Origin: Pyrinomonadaceae bacterium
GTDB lineage: Bacteria; Acidobacteriota; Blastocatellia; Pyrinomonadales; Pyrinomonadaceae
Assembly: GCA_963702045.1 (NCBI GenBank)
Contig: OY969701.1
Span: forward strand, 3,886,452 to 3,950,451
DNA length: 64,000 bases
Direction of reading: 5' to 3'
Positions within the stretch are counted from its first letter, which is position 1, and the number at the start of each line of letters is the position of its first letter. The position numbers and the translations under genes are program-made. Of the stretch, positions 25,394 to 34,485 are shown one piece after another. The notes below the pieces were generated by a model. That model had not been told where the DNA came from, did not search any database, and saw nothing but the letters and a program-made list of their open reading frames with translations.

Positions 25394-28189
25394 TCAAGGT
25401 TCACGGACAAGACGAAATCCGAGCAGATCATTCTTCGTCGTCGGCACTATCCAATCCCGATACGTATTGGAAATCGGTTTATTGCCGCGCGAATCACTGG
25501 CCAACGAGCCGCCGCGTATGATTGCCCAGGTTCGGTGGGCCGGGATTATCGTCAGCTTGCTGCCCGGGTAGTACGAAGCTGTCGACGATGTCCACTCCCA
25601 AACATTGCCTATCATATCGAGGTGGCCCCACTTTGCCTTACCTTCCGGAAACGATCCAACCGGTTGGACCGAAGCGAATCCCGCGTCCTTGATAGCCGCC
25701 CGACCGCTGGCCCATGTATTTCCCCATGGATAAAGATTGCCTTCATCGCCGCCACGCGCGGCGTATTCCCATTCCTCTTCAGTCGGAAGCCGGTACTTAA
25801 CTCCGTCGCGCTTTGAACGCCATTCAGCGAACGCATTCGCATCGGCCAGTGACACATCGGTAACCGGCCATCGCTCCTGGCCTTCAACTGGTTTTTTCCC
25901 GGCCCAGTTTGAAGGCGGGGTGCGCTCTGTGGCCGCTACAAACTCCGCGTACTCGCCGTTGGTGACTTCAGTCTTGTCCATGGAGAATTCGCCGACCTGA
26001 ACCTGGTGCGGCGGACCTTCCTGCACCAGCTTGCCCGCGCGTCCCATTTGAAATGGACCGCCCGGAACGCTGATCAATTCGGACACGTAGTTTTCTACCA
26101 CAGGAGGCTGCGAACGATTTTCACGGGGCCGGACCCGACCCGATGGATTGGCTACAACCGGAGGCTTCGTGACTACCGTTCCTCCTGATTGCCTGAATTT
26201 CAAATACGCCCCGACGCCACCGCCGACCAGTAACACTATACCGATTATCGCTGCCGCAATTCGAAATGAATTCGATTTCTTGCCCTGAACTTCAACCGCT
26301 TCATATCCAATCACCGATCTCCCCGCAACACCGCCCATAGTTTCCGACGCCCGCGCCGGAGTTTGTGCAGGAGGAACCTGGTCTTTTCCGTACATCGACT
26401 GCGTCACGACGCCTTGTCGCTGGTCCTGCGTCGATTCCAGGTTTAGAGGAACCACCAGCGTGTCATCTATCGAAGCAGCGACACTCTGCGGCTCGATAGG
26501 TTCGCGCTCTTTGCTGTCTTCGCGGACAAGCTTTTCTCGCTCGGACCTCTCGCGGGCTTCCTGCTCTTCAACGGCCAGAAGCGGCGCGCTGTCCTGCGCG
26601 CCCGTTATAGACTTAGACCTATCATCTTCCGCTACGCCACCGCGCGTTCTTGTTTCCGCTCGTTGGCGCTCACTAGCTTCGTGAAGCCGCGCCGCGTCGG
26701 TTTCGGCACGTTGGCGCTCGTCGGCTTCGACCTGGACCTTGGCGGCCTGCGCTTCTGCTTTGCGCCGCGTCTCTTCATCTGCTTTGCGTTGTGATTCTTC
26801 GTCAGCCAGTCGACGAGCTTCCTCGCGCTGTCGCGCCGCATCTTCTTCCTCACGCTGTCGCGCCGCATCTTCTTCCTCGCGCTGTCGCGCGGCTAGTTCG
26901 TCTGCCTTCTGCTTCGCTTCCGCTTGGGCCTTTAGCCGCGCTTCTTCTTCGCGCGCCAATTCCTCACGAGCAACACGGTCTTTCGCTTCCTGATCGAGCC
27001 GTTCCTGTTCGCGTCTTTGCGCTTCCGCCGCCTGCCGAGCCCGCTCTTCGAGTAAGTCGGCCTGAGCCCGCAATCGTTTGGCTTCCATCGACGCAGCGCT
27101 TTGTTCGTGAGCGTAATCCTCGAGCGAATTGGAAAGTCCGCCCAGACTCTGGAAACTGGTAGGCGGGATGGTCGGTGGCGCGGCTGACGTTACAAGCGTC
27201 GCCGAGTCCAAGCTGTACGGATCTTCGTAAGTAGTAGCCAGCGCGCGCGTAGCACTGCCAACCGCCTCGCGAAGCTCCTGAACAAAAACGTCGACCGACG
27301 CCGGTCGATCCGCGGCCTCTTTTTCCAACGCGTGACGAACAGCCGCTTCGATCTGCGCGGGAATTTGAACTCCCATTTCGCTGAACGTAGGCGGTTCCAA
27401 TGTCAGGTGCTTTTTCATGATCGACGGAATCGACGTACCCTTGAACGGAACGTCGCCGCCGAGCATTTGATACATGATCACACCCAAACTGTAGATGTCG
27501 GCTTTTCCATCCGGCTCTTCATCCGACCATTGCTCCGGAGCCATGTAAAAAGGCGATCCCATCAGCCCGCTCGTCTTCGCCTGTACAAAAGAACCGAGCA
27601 GCTCGCCGGACTTTATCTTCGCCAAACCGAAGTCAAGAATCTTCAGTCCCTCGGCGATCGGAAGACCGTTCTGAATCATTATGTTCAGCGGCTTCAAGTC
27701 CCTGTGCACGATGTTCTGCCGATGCGCGGCGGCGACCCCGGCGCCGATCGCGGAGATCAGCTCCAGAGCTCGCGCGGGCGGCAGAGATTTTTCCGCGGCG
27801 AGAATGTCGTGCAGCGAACGACCCTCGACAAACTCCATCACCAGGAACGGCATGGTGCCGCGCACGACTCCAAAATCGGTTACGGAAATGATGTTTTGAT
27901 GGCGAATCGCAGCGGCGGCCAACGCTTCCTGACGAAAACGCGTGACCAGCATCGGATCGTTGCCGACCAGGTCCGGAAGAATGACTTTTATCGCGTGTGA
28001 AGTTTTGAGGAAGATGTGCCGCGCCTTGAAAACAACACCCATTCCGCCGTGTCCCAAACGCGTTTCCAGTTGGTAACGACCGTCCAGCATCGGCTCGCCC
28101 GCGATCGAGTGCGTCGTAGCATCACCGTCATTCGGACAGTGATTCACGTGATCGGGATAACAACGCCTACAAGCCGGACATTCTTTCAT
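25394..28189 (-). CDS. Ser/Thr protein kinase with N-terminal zinc ribbon, coiled coil, TM helix and C-terminal FGE-sulfatase (SUMF1-like) domain
   Basis: MKECPACRRCYPDHVNHCPNDGD. Hanks motifs GHGGMGVVF, AIKVI, HRDLKPLNIM, DFGLAK and YMAPE. Glu/Arg/Ala-rich coiled coil, TM segment IAAAIIGIVLLVGGGVGAY, and an FGE-like end (MDKTEVTNGEYAEF, EEEWEYAARGG, GNVWEWT, RGGS). Confidence 0.95.
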   Translation of the reverse strand: MKECPACRRCYPDHVNHCPNDGDATTHSIAGEPMLDGRYQLETRLGHGGMGVVFKARHIFLKTSHAIKVILPDLVGNDPMLVTRFRQEALAAAAIRHQNIISVTDFGVVRGTMPFLVMEFVEGRSLHDILAAEKSLPPARALELISAIGAGVAAAHRQNIVHRDLKPLNIMIQNGLPIAEGLKILDFGLAKIKSGELLGSFVQAKTSGLMGSPFYMAPEQWSDEEPDGKADIYSLGVIMYQMLGGDVPFKGTSIPSIMKKHLTLEPPTFSEMGVQIPAQIEAAVRHALEKEAADRPASVDVFVQELREAVGSATRALATTYEDPYSLDSATLVTSAAPPTIPPTSFQSLGGLSNSLEDYAHEQSAASMEAKRLRAQADLLEERARQAAEAQRREQERLDQEAKDRVAREELAREEEARLKAQAEAKQKADELAARQREEEDAARQREEEDAARQREEARRLADEESQRKADEETRRKAEAQAAKVQVEADERQRAETDAARLHEASERQRAETRTRGGVAEDDRSKSITGAQDSAPLLAVEEQEARERSEREKLVREDSKEREPIEPQSVAASIDDTLVVPLNLESTQDQRQGVVTQSMYGKDQVPPAQTPARASETMGGVAGRSVIGYEAVEVQGKKSNSFRIAAAIIGIVLLVGGGVGAYLKFRQSGGTVVTKPPVVANPSGRVRPRENRSQPPVVENYVSELISVPGGPFQMGRAGKLVQEGPPHQVQVGEFSMDKTEVTNGEYAEFVAATERTPPSNWAGKKPVEGQERWPVTDVSLADANAFAEWRSKRDGVKYRLPTEEEWEYAARGGDEGNLYPWGNTWASGRAAIKDAGFASVQPVGSFPEGKAKWGHLDMIGNVWEWTSSTASYYPGSKLTIIPAHRTWAIIRGGSLASDSRGNKPISNTYRDWIVPTTKNDLLGFRLVREP

Positions 28190-28458
28190 GGGTTGGTTCG
28201 ATCCAGAGGCACCCGCCCGTTACCTGCGCGGGCAACATTATGATCGGGGGGCAGCCTGAGTTTTTCACCAGCAAGCAAGTATTTGGGTTTGCCTGCCGAG
28301 AACTTTCCACGCGGTGTCAGGCGCTAGCCTTAAGCGACAGCGGCTGCCAGACGGTACGAAAGGAATTAGCATGAATCCGCGCGAAAACGATTTTAGCTAC
28401 CTTCTCTCTGTCAATCAAGTAATAAGCCTTTCGCGGCCTTTAGTATCAGAAACATAGC

Positions 28459-28748
28459 GGGGGAAGGGGTCAGGGGTCGGGGGTCGGGGGCCGGGGGCCG
28501 GGGGTCGGGGGCCGGGGGACGGGGGCCGGGGGCCGGGGGCCGGGTTTTGGGTTTTGGGTTTTGGGTTTTGGGTTTTCAGATTTTGGTTCGATGTTCTGAA
28601 ATCTCAAATTGGAATCTGGCCCTCCGACCCCCGACCCCCAGCCCCCGTCCCCCGGCCCCCGACCCCTGCCCCCCGTCCCCCGTCCCCCGTCCCCCTGCCC
28701 CCCGTCCCCCGACCCCCAGCCCCCCTCCCTCCCCTCTTCCCTCTTCTG
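28459..28748. repeat. G-run / C-run heptamer palindrome (Family I)
   Basis: Plus strand: about a dozen GGGGNCR heptamers (28459..28541), five GGGTTTT units (28542..28576), a spacer of about 40 nt, then at least 15 C4-6 runs in CCCCCNN heptamers (28619..28748). It ends 13 nt before the ATG at 28762. Confidence 0.9.
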
Positions 28749-28761
28749 CTATCCTTCCTCC

Positions 28762-29442
28762 ATGACCGTACTCGAGGCCTATCGCGGGCGGGACTTTATC
28801 GGAGTGGAAGAGCTATCAACCACCGCGGCCGCGCTCGTCGAGGGTTATCAACGAGCCCCGATCCGCGGAAGCGTGCGTCTGGCAATCACCCCGCGAATTG
28901 TCCGCCACTACCTGGGAGAAGACCTGCTGGGTGAAACAACCGGATTGGCAGGAACTTCGATCGTCTTCAATTACGGAAACCTGCTCCGCCTTTTGGCCGT
29001 GAAGAAACTACTCGCGGACAACTGGTCGCTGGCAAAGATCCGTGGGTTCATGTCGACACTCGACATAACGGCCCTCGAGGAGCTCGTCAATAGCGCGTTG
29101 TCACCGGCTGCTGAAATCGAACTCGACAATGAAACGGAAACGGCAAACAGCCGTGAGCTGAACATCAAACCCGCGCAACGCCGGCTTCCGGATACTTCTC
29201 CAACAGTCGCGCCTCTGTTTGCTGCAAAGGCGTCCATGCCGTCGCCGCCCACGCCATTGGCTTCGCTTGTCATCGAATCAGCTCGCCGCGCCGAACGGTC
29301 GGCGGCGGAATGGGTCGAGATCGCGACCGGTTTGGAAGTGAAGGTGCGCCGCAGCTTTCGCCCGCCGCAAACCGAAGAAGAACTCGAGAAGATCCAGGCT
29401 CGCTTTTGGGCGGTGATAAGCAAGAAAGAAGAAGGCGAGTGA
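28762..29442 (+). CDS. MerR-like helix-turn-helix protein (tentative)
   Basis: Start placed at the first ATG after the C-rich arm. ITPRIVRHYLGEDLLGE...VFNYGNLLRLLAVKKLLADNWSLAKIRGFM resembles the MerR recognition helix, wing and dimerisation helix. The acidic/Ala-rich C-terminus is unassigned. Confidence 0.5.
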   Translation: MTVLEAYRGRDFIGVEELSTTAAALVEGYQRAPIRGSVRLAITPRIVRHYLGEDLLGETTGLAGTSIVFNYGNLLRLLAVKKLLADNWSLAKIRGFMSTLDITALEELVNSALSPAAEIELDNETETANSRELNIKPAQRRLPDTSPTVAPLFAAKASMPSPPTPLASLVIESARRAERSAAEWVEIATGLEVKVRRSFRPPQTEEELEKIQARFWAVISKKEEGE

Positions 29443-29601
29443 GAGCGCCAATGGTTGAGTAGTCTTCAGCGCCAACGGCGCGAAAGGTGATAGCCCAGGG
29501 CAACGCGCTGGGTAATAGACCCTTAAAAGACGGAGCGCTGAAAGCGCGAAAGGTTGCTCAGGGTGGCTCGACTCCTGAGCGTCACACAAGATCGGTCCTT
29601 C

Positions 29602-31014
29602 TTACTTCAGCCCCAGCGCTCTTCCCTCCGCGTCGTTCAACTTTAAGTTCAAAACACTCGCTATCGTAGGGCCGATGTCGATCATTCGAACGTCGCCCAG
29701 GTTGCCGCGTCTCGTAATGCCCGCGCCTGACACAATCAGCGAAGCTTTGTAATTCGGCCGGGTGGGAAGAAATCCGTGTTGGCCCTTACGCGAGTACGAG
29801 GTGATGAAGTCTCCGGAGTAATTTCCGCCAAACGTGTAGCCATCGGCTCCTTCCAGCATTAGCGTCGCGCGCGGATTGCCGCCCACCTTTCGCACTTCTG
29901 CTGCTTCGAGCACACGCAGAATTCCGCTGTCGCTTTTCCCCGCGAGCGGCTTGAAGATCTCCCGGACTTTCTTGATCATCTCCTTGTCATTCGGATCGCG
30001 AAGAATGATCGAACACGAACCGCTGGTCGGATAAGCAGCGGCGCGCCAATCGGTCGCTAGCGTGCCCGTGTCGTTACCTCTCCCTGTTGTGTCTTGCAGT
30101 TTAACCAGACCCGCCTTGACCAATAGAACGCCGGGATGCACCTGTTTTGTCACCGGCAAAAAGCCATGATCGCTGACGATGAAGATCGCCGATTCGTCGA
30201 GCGTTCCGGCTCGTTCGGCGGCGGCCAGAATACGGCCGACGTATCCGTCTACCTTTTCCAGGATCGCGAACACTTCAGGAGTGAACGGGCCGAAATCGTG
30301 TTCGAAGTGATCCAGATCGAAGAGATGGACCAGCACAACATCCGGACGCTTTCCCTCGACGATGTATTCGGCAAAGCGAGTCCGCAGATCGTCGCTTTCA
30401 TCTCTGGTGACGCCACCAAAAAGCGAACCGCCGCGCTGTGTTAGCTCGGCGACCAATTCCTTTGGCCGCGTGTTTCCAGCAATCCGCAGCCAGGTTTGTT
30501 CCTGCGACAAGCCGCTTTGATAAATCTCCGGAAGGTTGAAGTCGCCGGTTCCCGCCGAAACAGGCCACGAAACCATGGCCGTCTTTAGATTCGCGCGCGT
30601 CGCTGCGTTCCACAACGTGTCGATCTTGATGTCATCAGCAAACCAATTCCATTTGCCGGTCCGCGGGGCATCGGGCGGTTCGAAGATTTCGTTACCGAGT
30701 ATTCCGTGTTTAGCTGGATAAGCGCCCGTCACGATAGTCGTATGCGCCGGATAAGTGACAGACGGATACACCGACCAGACGCCGCGCGCAGTGGCGCCAT
30801 CCGCCATCAGCCGTCGCAGGTTGGGAATTTTGAGTTTGTATTCGTCACGCTTTTCCAGATATCGCGCGTCAAGTCCGTCGAGCGAGATCACGATAATTCG
30901 CTTCGCCGGTTTCGAGTTTTGTGAAGCCCCCGCGCCCTGGGTTGCAGATCCGGGAAGCGTGATTGCGAAGAGCAGTATCGACGAAAGGAAGATCGCGATT
31001 CGTTGCTTGGACAT
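29602..31014 (-). CDS. nucleotide pyrophosphatase/phosphodiesterase (alkaline-phosphatase superfamily), secreted
   Basis: Signal peptide, then IIVISLDGLDARYL, YPSVTYPAHTTIVTG (Thr nucleophile context), FIVSDHGF and QHGF metal-ligand motifs. Confidence 0.88.
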   Translation of the reverse strand: MSKQRIAIFLSSILLFAITLPGSATQGAGASQNSKPAKRIIVISLDGLDARYLEKRDEYKLKIPNLRRLMADGATARGVWSVYPSVTYPAHTTIVTGAYPAKHGILGNEIFEPPDAPRTGKWNWFADDIKIDTLWNAATRANLKTAMVSWPVSAGTGDFNLPEIYQSGLSQEQTWLRIAGNTRPKELVAELTQRGGSLFGGVTRDESDDLRTRFAEYIVEGKRPDVVLVHLFDLDHFEHDFGPFTPEVFAILEKVDGYVGRILAAAERAGTLDESAIFIVSDHGFLPVTKQVHPGVLLVKAGLVKLQDTTGRGNDTGTLATDWRAAAYPTSGSCSIILRDPNDKEMIKKVREIFKPLAGKSDSGILRVLEAAEVRKVGGNPRATLMLEGADGYTFGGNYSGDFITSYSRKGQHGFLPTRPNYKASLIVSGAGITRRGNLGDVRMIDIGPTIASVLNLKLNDAEGRALGLK

Positions 31015-31054
31015 GTTTTCAACTCCGGGCTAGTTGATGGAAAGGGTAAGTTTG

Positions 31055-31200
31055 GTTTTCTCGCAAAGACGCGAAGGAAAGTAAATACAAAAGGCGCAAA
31101 GAAATGCCGAAGAACTGGTTAGACGTACCGGATCATCCTGTTAAGGACTCTTCAGAACTCTTCGCGCCTTATGTATTTCCTTTGCGCCTTTGCGAGAAAC
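31055..31200. repeat. Family E palindromic element (long copy)
   Basis: GTTTTCTCGCAAAGACGCGAAGGAAA ... TTTCCTTTGCGCCTTTGCGAGAAAC. Lies between the NPP gene start and the leuS stop. Confidence 0.85.
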
Positions 31201-31243
31201 GAATCCGCTGCAATACTTCAAGTCCCGATTCGCACGAACAACG

Positions 31244-33793
31244 TCACCGCACCACGATATTCACCAACCGCTGCGGCACGACGACGACCTTCACGACCTC
31301 GCGTCCGTCGATCCAGCCCTTCACCTTTTCATCGGCCAGCGCCGCGGATCGCAACTCTTCCTCCGACGTCTCGGGCTTTGCCAGGATTTTCGAGCGCAGC
31401 TTTCCGTTGACCTGCACTGGAATTTCCAGTTCGTCTTTACGCGCCAGCTCCTGGTTGGCTTTGGGCCACTGACCTTCGGCCAGCTGCAGTACTCCGCCTT
31501 CGTGGCCCAGGCCTTCCCACATCTCCTCGCCCGCGTGCGGCGCGAACGGAACGAGCATCACCACCAAAGCCTCCAGCGCTTCGCGAACCGCGAACACATC
31601 CGACGCAGTCGCATCGGCCGGAGCTACATCAAAATCACCCAGCTCGTTCGACAACTCCATTAACGCCGCTACGCTGGTATTGAAATGCAGTTGTTCGAAG
31701 TCATTCGTGATCCGCGCGATTGTCTGATGTGTCTTTCGACGCAGCGCGCGAGCTCTTTGCGAAAACTCGCCTACGCTTTGCTCGTCCTTCCGCTGCGCGG
31801 GATCGGCCAATCGCTCGTGCCATCGCCAGAGCATTCGGTAAACCCGTTGCAGAAACCTGACCGAGCCTTCGATACCGGTTTCCAACCAACGCAGCTCATT
31901 CTCGGGCGGCGCCGCGAACAGTACGAACAATCGTGCGGCATCCGCGCCGTAGGCCTCGACCATTTCGTCCGGGTCTACGCCGTTACCCAAACTCTTCGAC
32001 ATGGCCTTCCATTCGTCCGTGCCCTCAACACGATTTGTGACCATGCCTTGTGTCAACAAGCGTTTGACAGGCTCGTTGAACTTCACCAGCCCCAGATCGC
32101 GCATCATCTTGTTCCAGAACCGCGTGTAGATCAGGTGCATGACCGCATGCGAATCGCCGCCGATGTATTGATCTACCGGCGCCCAGTGCGCGGCGATCGC
32201 CGGATCGAACGGCATGCCGTCGTTTCGCGGGTCGGTGTATCGAAAGAAGTACCACGACGAGTCTACGAACGTGTCCATCGTATCGGTTTCGCGACGAGCG
32301 GGTCCGCCGCAGTTAGGACAAGTCGTGTTGACGAATTCGGCCACGCCCGCCAACGGCGATTCGCCCGTGCCGGTGAACTCCGCGTGGTCGGGCAACCGCA
32401 CCGGCAAATCCGCTTCGGGGACAGCAACCGTGCCGCACTTCGCACAGTAGATGATCGGAATCGGCGCTCCCCAGAAACGCTGGCGGGAAATTCCCCAGTC
32501 GCGTATCCGATAGGTGACCGCGGCTTCGCCAAAGCCTTTGCTTTCGGCAAACGCGGTCATCTCCTTGATCGCTACTTCAGACAGTTTTCCGCCCCATTCG
32601 CCGCTGTTCACCAACATGCCGTAATCCGTTGTGGCGCCAGTTATCCGATCGATGCCATGTTCGGCCACGCTCGACTCTTTGCTATCAGTGACAGGCGCTA
32701 TGACCTGCTTGATCGGCAGCGTGTACTTCTGCGCGAATTCGAAATCGCGTTCGTCATGCGCGGGCACGGCCATCACGGCTCCGCTGCCGTATTCCATCAA
32801 GACGTAGTTGGCCACCCAAATCGGAACGCGTTCTCCGCTGAAAGGATTGATCGCAGACACTCCCGTGTTGACGCCTTCCTTCTCCACCTCAGCGCCGGGA
32901 TCCGCCGCGCGATCGCGCTCGGCGCGAACACGCTCGACGAACTTCGTAACATCGTCTTTCAGCCCCGAGCCTTCCATCAGCTCGGCCAACAGCAGATGTT
33001 CAGCGGCCAGCACGACGGCATTCGCTCCGAAGATCGTGTCGATTCGGGTGGTGAAGACGCGTATGAATTTGTCCGAGCCCTCGACTTGAAAGTTGACGTA
33101 CGCGCCGACGCTCTTTCCGATCCAATCGCGCTGGCGCTTCAAGACTTTCTCGGGCCAGTCGGCTTCGATCTCCTTCATGTCTTCCAGCAACGCTTCGGCG
33201 TAATCGGTAATGCGTACGAACCACTGCTCCAGCTCTTTCTTGACCACGGCCGTACCGCAACGCCAGCAGACTCCGCCCGACGATTGTTCGTTCGACAGCA
33301 CGGTCTGCTCTTTCGGACACCAATTGACCGCCGACTTTCGCTTGTAAGCCAACCCGCGTTCGTACATTTTCAAGAAGAACCATTGGTCCCACTTGTAATA
33401 ATCGGGCCTGTGCGCGGCGATCTCCCGGCCCCAGTCATAGCTGATGCCCAGACGCTGCAATTGCCCGCGCATGTGCGCCAGGTTTTTCTCGGTCCATTCC
33501 AACGGCATGATGCCGCGCTTGATCGCCGCCTGCTCCGCCGGTTGTCCAAAGCTGTCCCAGCCGATCGGATGCAGGACATTGAAACCGCGCAAGCGTTTGT
33601 ACCAGGCCAGCGCATCGCCGATCGAATAGTTGCGCACGTGGCCCATGTGCAGATAGCCGGATGGGTACGGCAACATTTCGAGCGCGTAGAACTTCGGTCG
33701 GGGGTCTGTTACCTCGGCCACGAACGCGCGGGTTTCGTTCCAGCGCTGTTGCCACTTCTTCTCGATCTTCTCGGGAAAATATTTTTCGTCCAT
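31244..33793 (-). CDS. leuS: leucine--tRNA ligase
   Basis: Class I motifs PYPSGYLHMGH and AMSKSLGN, a CP1 editing insertion, 849 aa collinear with bacterial LeuS. Confidence 0.98.
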   Translation of the reverse strand: MDEKYFPEKIEKKWQQRWNETRAFVAEVTDPRPKFYALEMLPYPSGYLHMGHVRNYSIGDALAWYKRLRGFNVLHPIGWDSFGQPAEQAAIKRGIMPLEWTEKNLAHMRGQLQRLGISYDWGREIAAHRPDYYKWDQWFFLKMYERGLAYKRKSAVNWCPKEQTVLSNEQSSGGVCWRCGTAVVKKELEQWFVRITDYAEALLEDMKEIEADWPEKVLKRQRDWIGKSVGAYVNFQVEGSDKFIRVFTTRIDTIFGANAVVLAAEHLLLAELMEGSGLKDDVTKFVERVRAERDRAADPGAEVEKEGVNTGVSAINPFSGERVPIWVANYVLMEYGSGAVMAVPAHDERDFEFAQKYTLPIKQVIAPVTDSKESSVAEHGIDRITGATTDYGMLVNSGEWGGKLSEVAIKEMTAFAESKGFGEAAVTYRIRDWGISRQRFWGAPIPIIYCAKCGTVAVPEADLPVRLPDHAEFTGTGESPLAGVAEFVNTTCPNCGGPARRETDTMDTFVDSSWYFFRYTDPRNDGMPFDPAIAAHWAPVDQYIGGDSHAVMHLIYTRFWNKMMRDLGLVKFNEPVKRLLTQGMVTNRVEGTDEWKAMSKSLGNGVDPDEMVEAYGADAARLFVLFAAPPENELRWLETGIEGSVRFLQRVYRMLWRWHERLADPAQRKDEQSVGEFSQRARALRRKTHQTIARITNDFEQLHFNTSVAALMELSNELGDFDVAPADATASDVFAVREALEALVVMLVPFAPHAGEEMWEGLGHEGGVLQLAEGQWPKANQELARKDELEIPVQVNGKLRSKILAKPETSEEELRSAALADEKVKGWIDGREVVKVVVVPQRLVNIVVR

Positions 33794-33869
33794 TGTCTTT
33801 TGCCTTTACGGAGTTCCTACAATTAATCACGAAATCGCTGTCTGCACAAAGTGGTCAGATATCCGGCCG

Positions 33870-33966
33870 ATGTCCGACAAGCTTTAGCTTGTCGACGACT
33901 TGCCCGGGCTTGAAGCCTCGTATGTCGACGACAAACTGAAGTTTGTCGGACATTCTTGTCGGACAT
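33870..33966. repeat. Family B bipartite palindromic element
   Basis: TGTCCGACAAGCTTTAGCTTGTCG, a 35-nt spacer, CGACAAACTGAAGTTTGTCGGACAT, plus an extra TTGTCGGACAT. The spacer resembles that of 56458..56552. Confidence 0.9.
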
Positions 33967-34278
33967 TTTTGCGACTATTGGTTTTTGAAGAAGGAGTATC
34001 GCCGCGTCAACCGCCGCGCAAGACTACGCGCGGGCGCCGAGCGGCACCGTAAGGGCGAGACAGGACAGATTGTAGGTTCGTATCATGATTTTTCTTGAAC
34101 TCAACTCTACTTAATCTGATCGTATCTTATCGTAGCGAATATCAGTTCGTCGAGTGGAAATAGGGTACTGGGTCAATTTGAAATCACGCCTTAAGAATCT
34201 CGTCAACGCCGAAGGCGTTACAATGCGAATTTCTTCAAACTGACCACTATCGGAAATAGACTGGTCTCTCAACCTAAT

Positions 34279-34375
34279 GCAGTCAGGAAGGGGACCCTGT
34301 CCCCGCTTGAAATTTGTATTTGCCTTTGAAATTATCCTTACTAGCGGCGGGGACAGGGTCCCCTTCCTGACTGCG
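34279..34375. repeat. Family A palindromic element, copy 2 of 3
   Basis: Arms identical to copy 1. The loop is unrelated. Confidence 0.9.
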
Positions 34376-34485
34376 AGGTCCTTGAATCTTGAACGGCAAC
34401 CCCTTTTGAGATCCCCTAATCACTCTCTCGGCACTATTCGTGCATAACCCTCTCTCACCCAGCCTAACCGGAGCCAAAACGTATC

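Noticed and set aside
26821-26890. 27-nt tandem duplication (2.6 copies) in the kinase coiled coil, and 9-nt (PTT)n repeats at 23189..23251, considered as separate features of interest.
   Set aside because: Both are in-frame low-complexity expansions inside clear genes (ARQREEEDA x2.6, PTT x7). They are probably slippage polymorphisms without independent function.
28542-28576. (GGGTTTT)x5, resembling ciliate-type telomeric repeats.
   Set aside because: The tract is internal, flanked on both sides by bacterial genes, and forms part of a larger heptamer palindrome. Nothing suggests a linear replicon end.
28547-28934. Pro-rich ORFs (28547..28765, 28554..28934) and the N-terminal extension of the 28609 ORF.
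   Set aside because: These are translations of the C-run arm of the G/C palindrome (CCC CCG = Pro). The homology-like part of the protein begins at the ATG at 28762. A Pro-rich extension starting at the TTG at 28609 cannot be excluded but is unsupported.
31685-33826. 713-aa ORF on the plus strand.
   Set aside because: It is exactly antisense to leuS, whose identity is unambiguous (HMGH and AMSKS motifs, full-length collinearity). The antisense product is Arg/Pro/His-rich with no motifs, which is a typical shadow ORF in GC-rich coding DNA.
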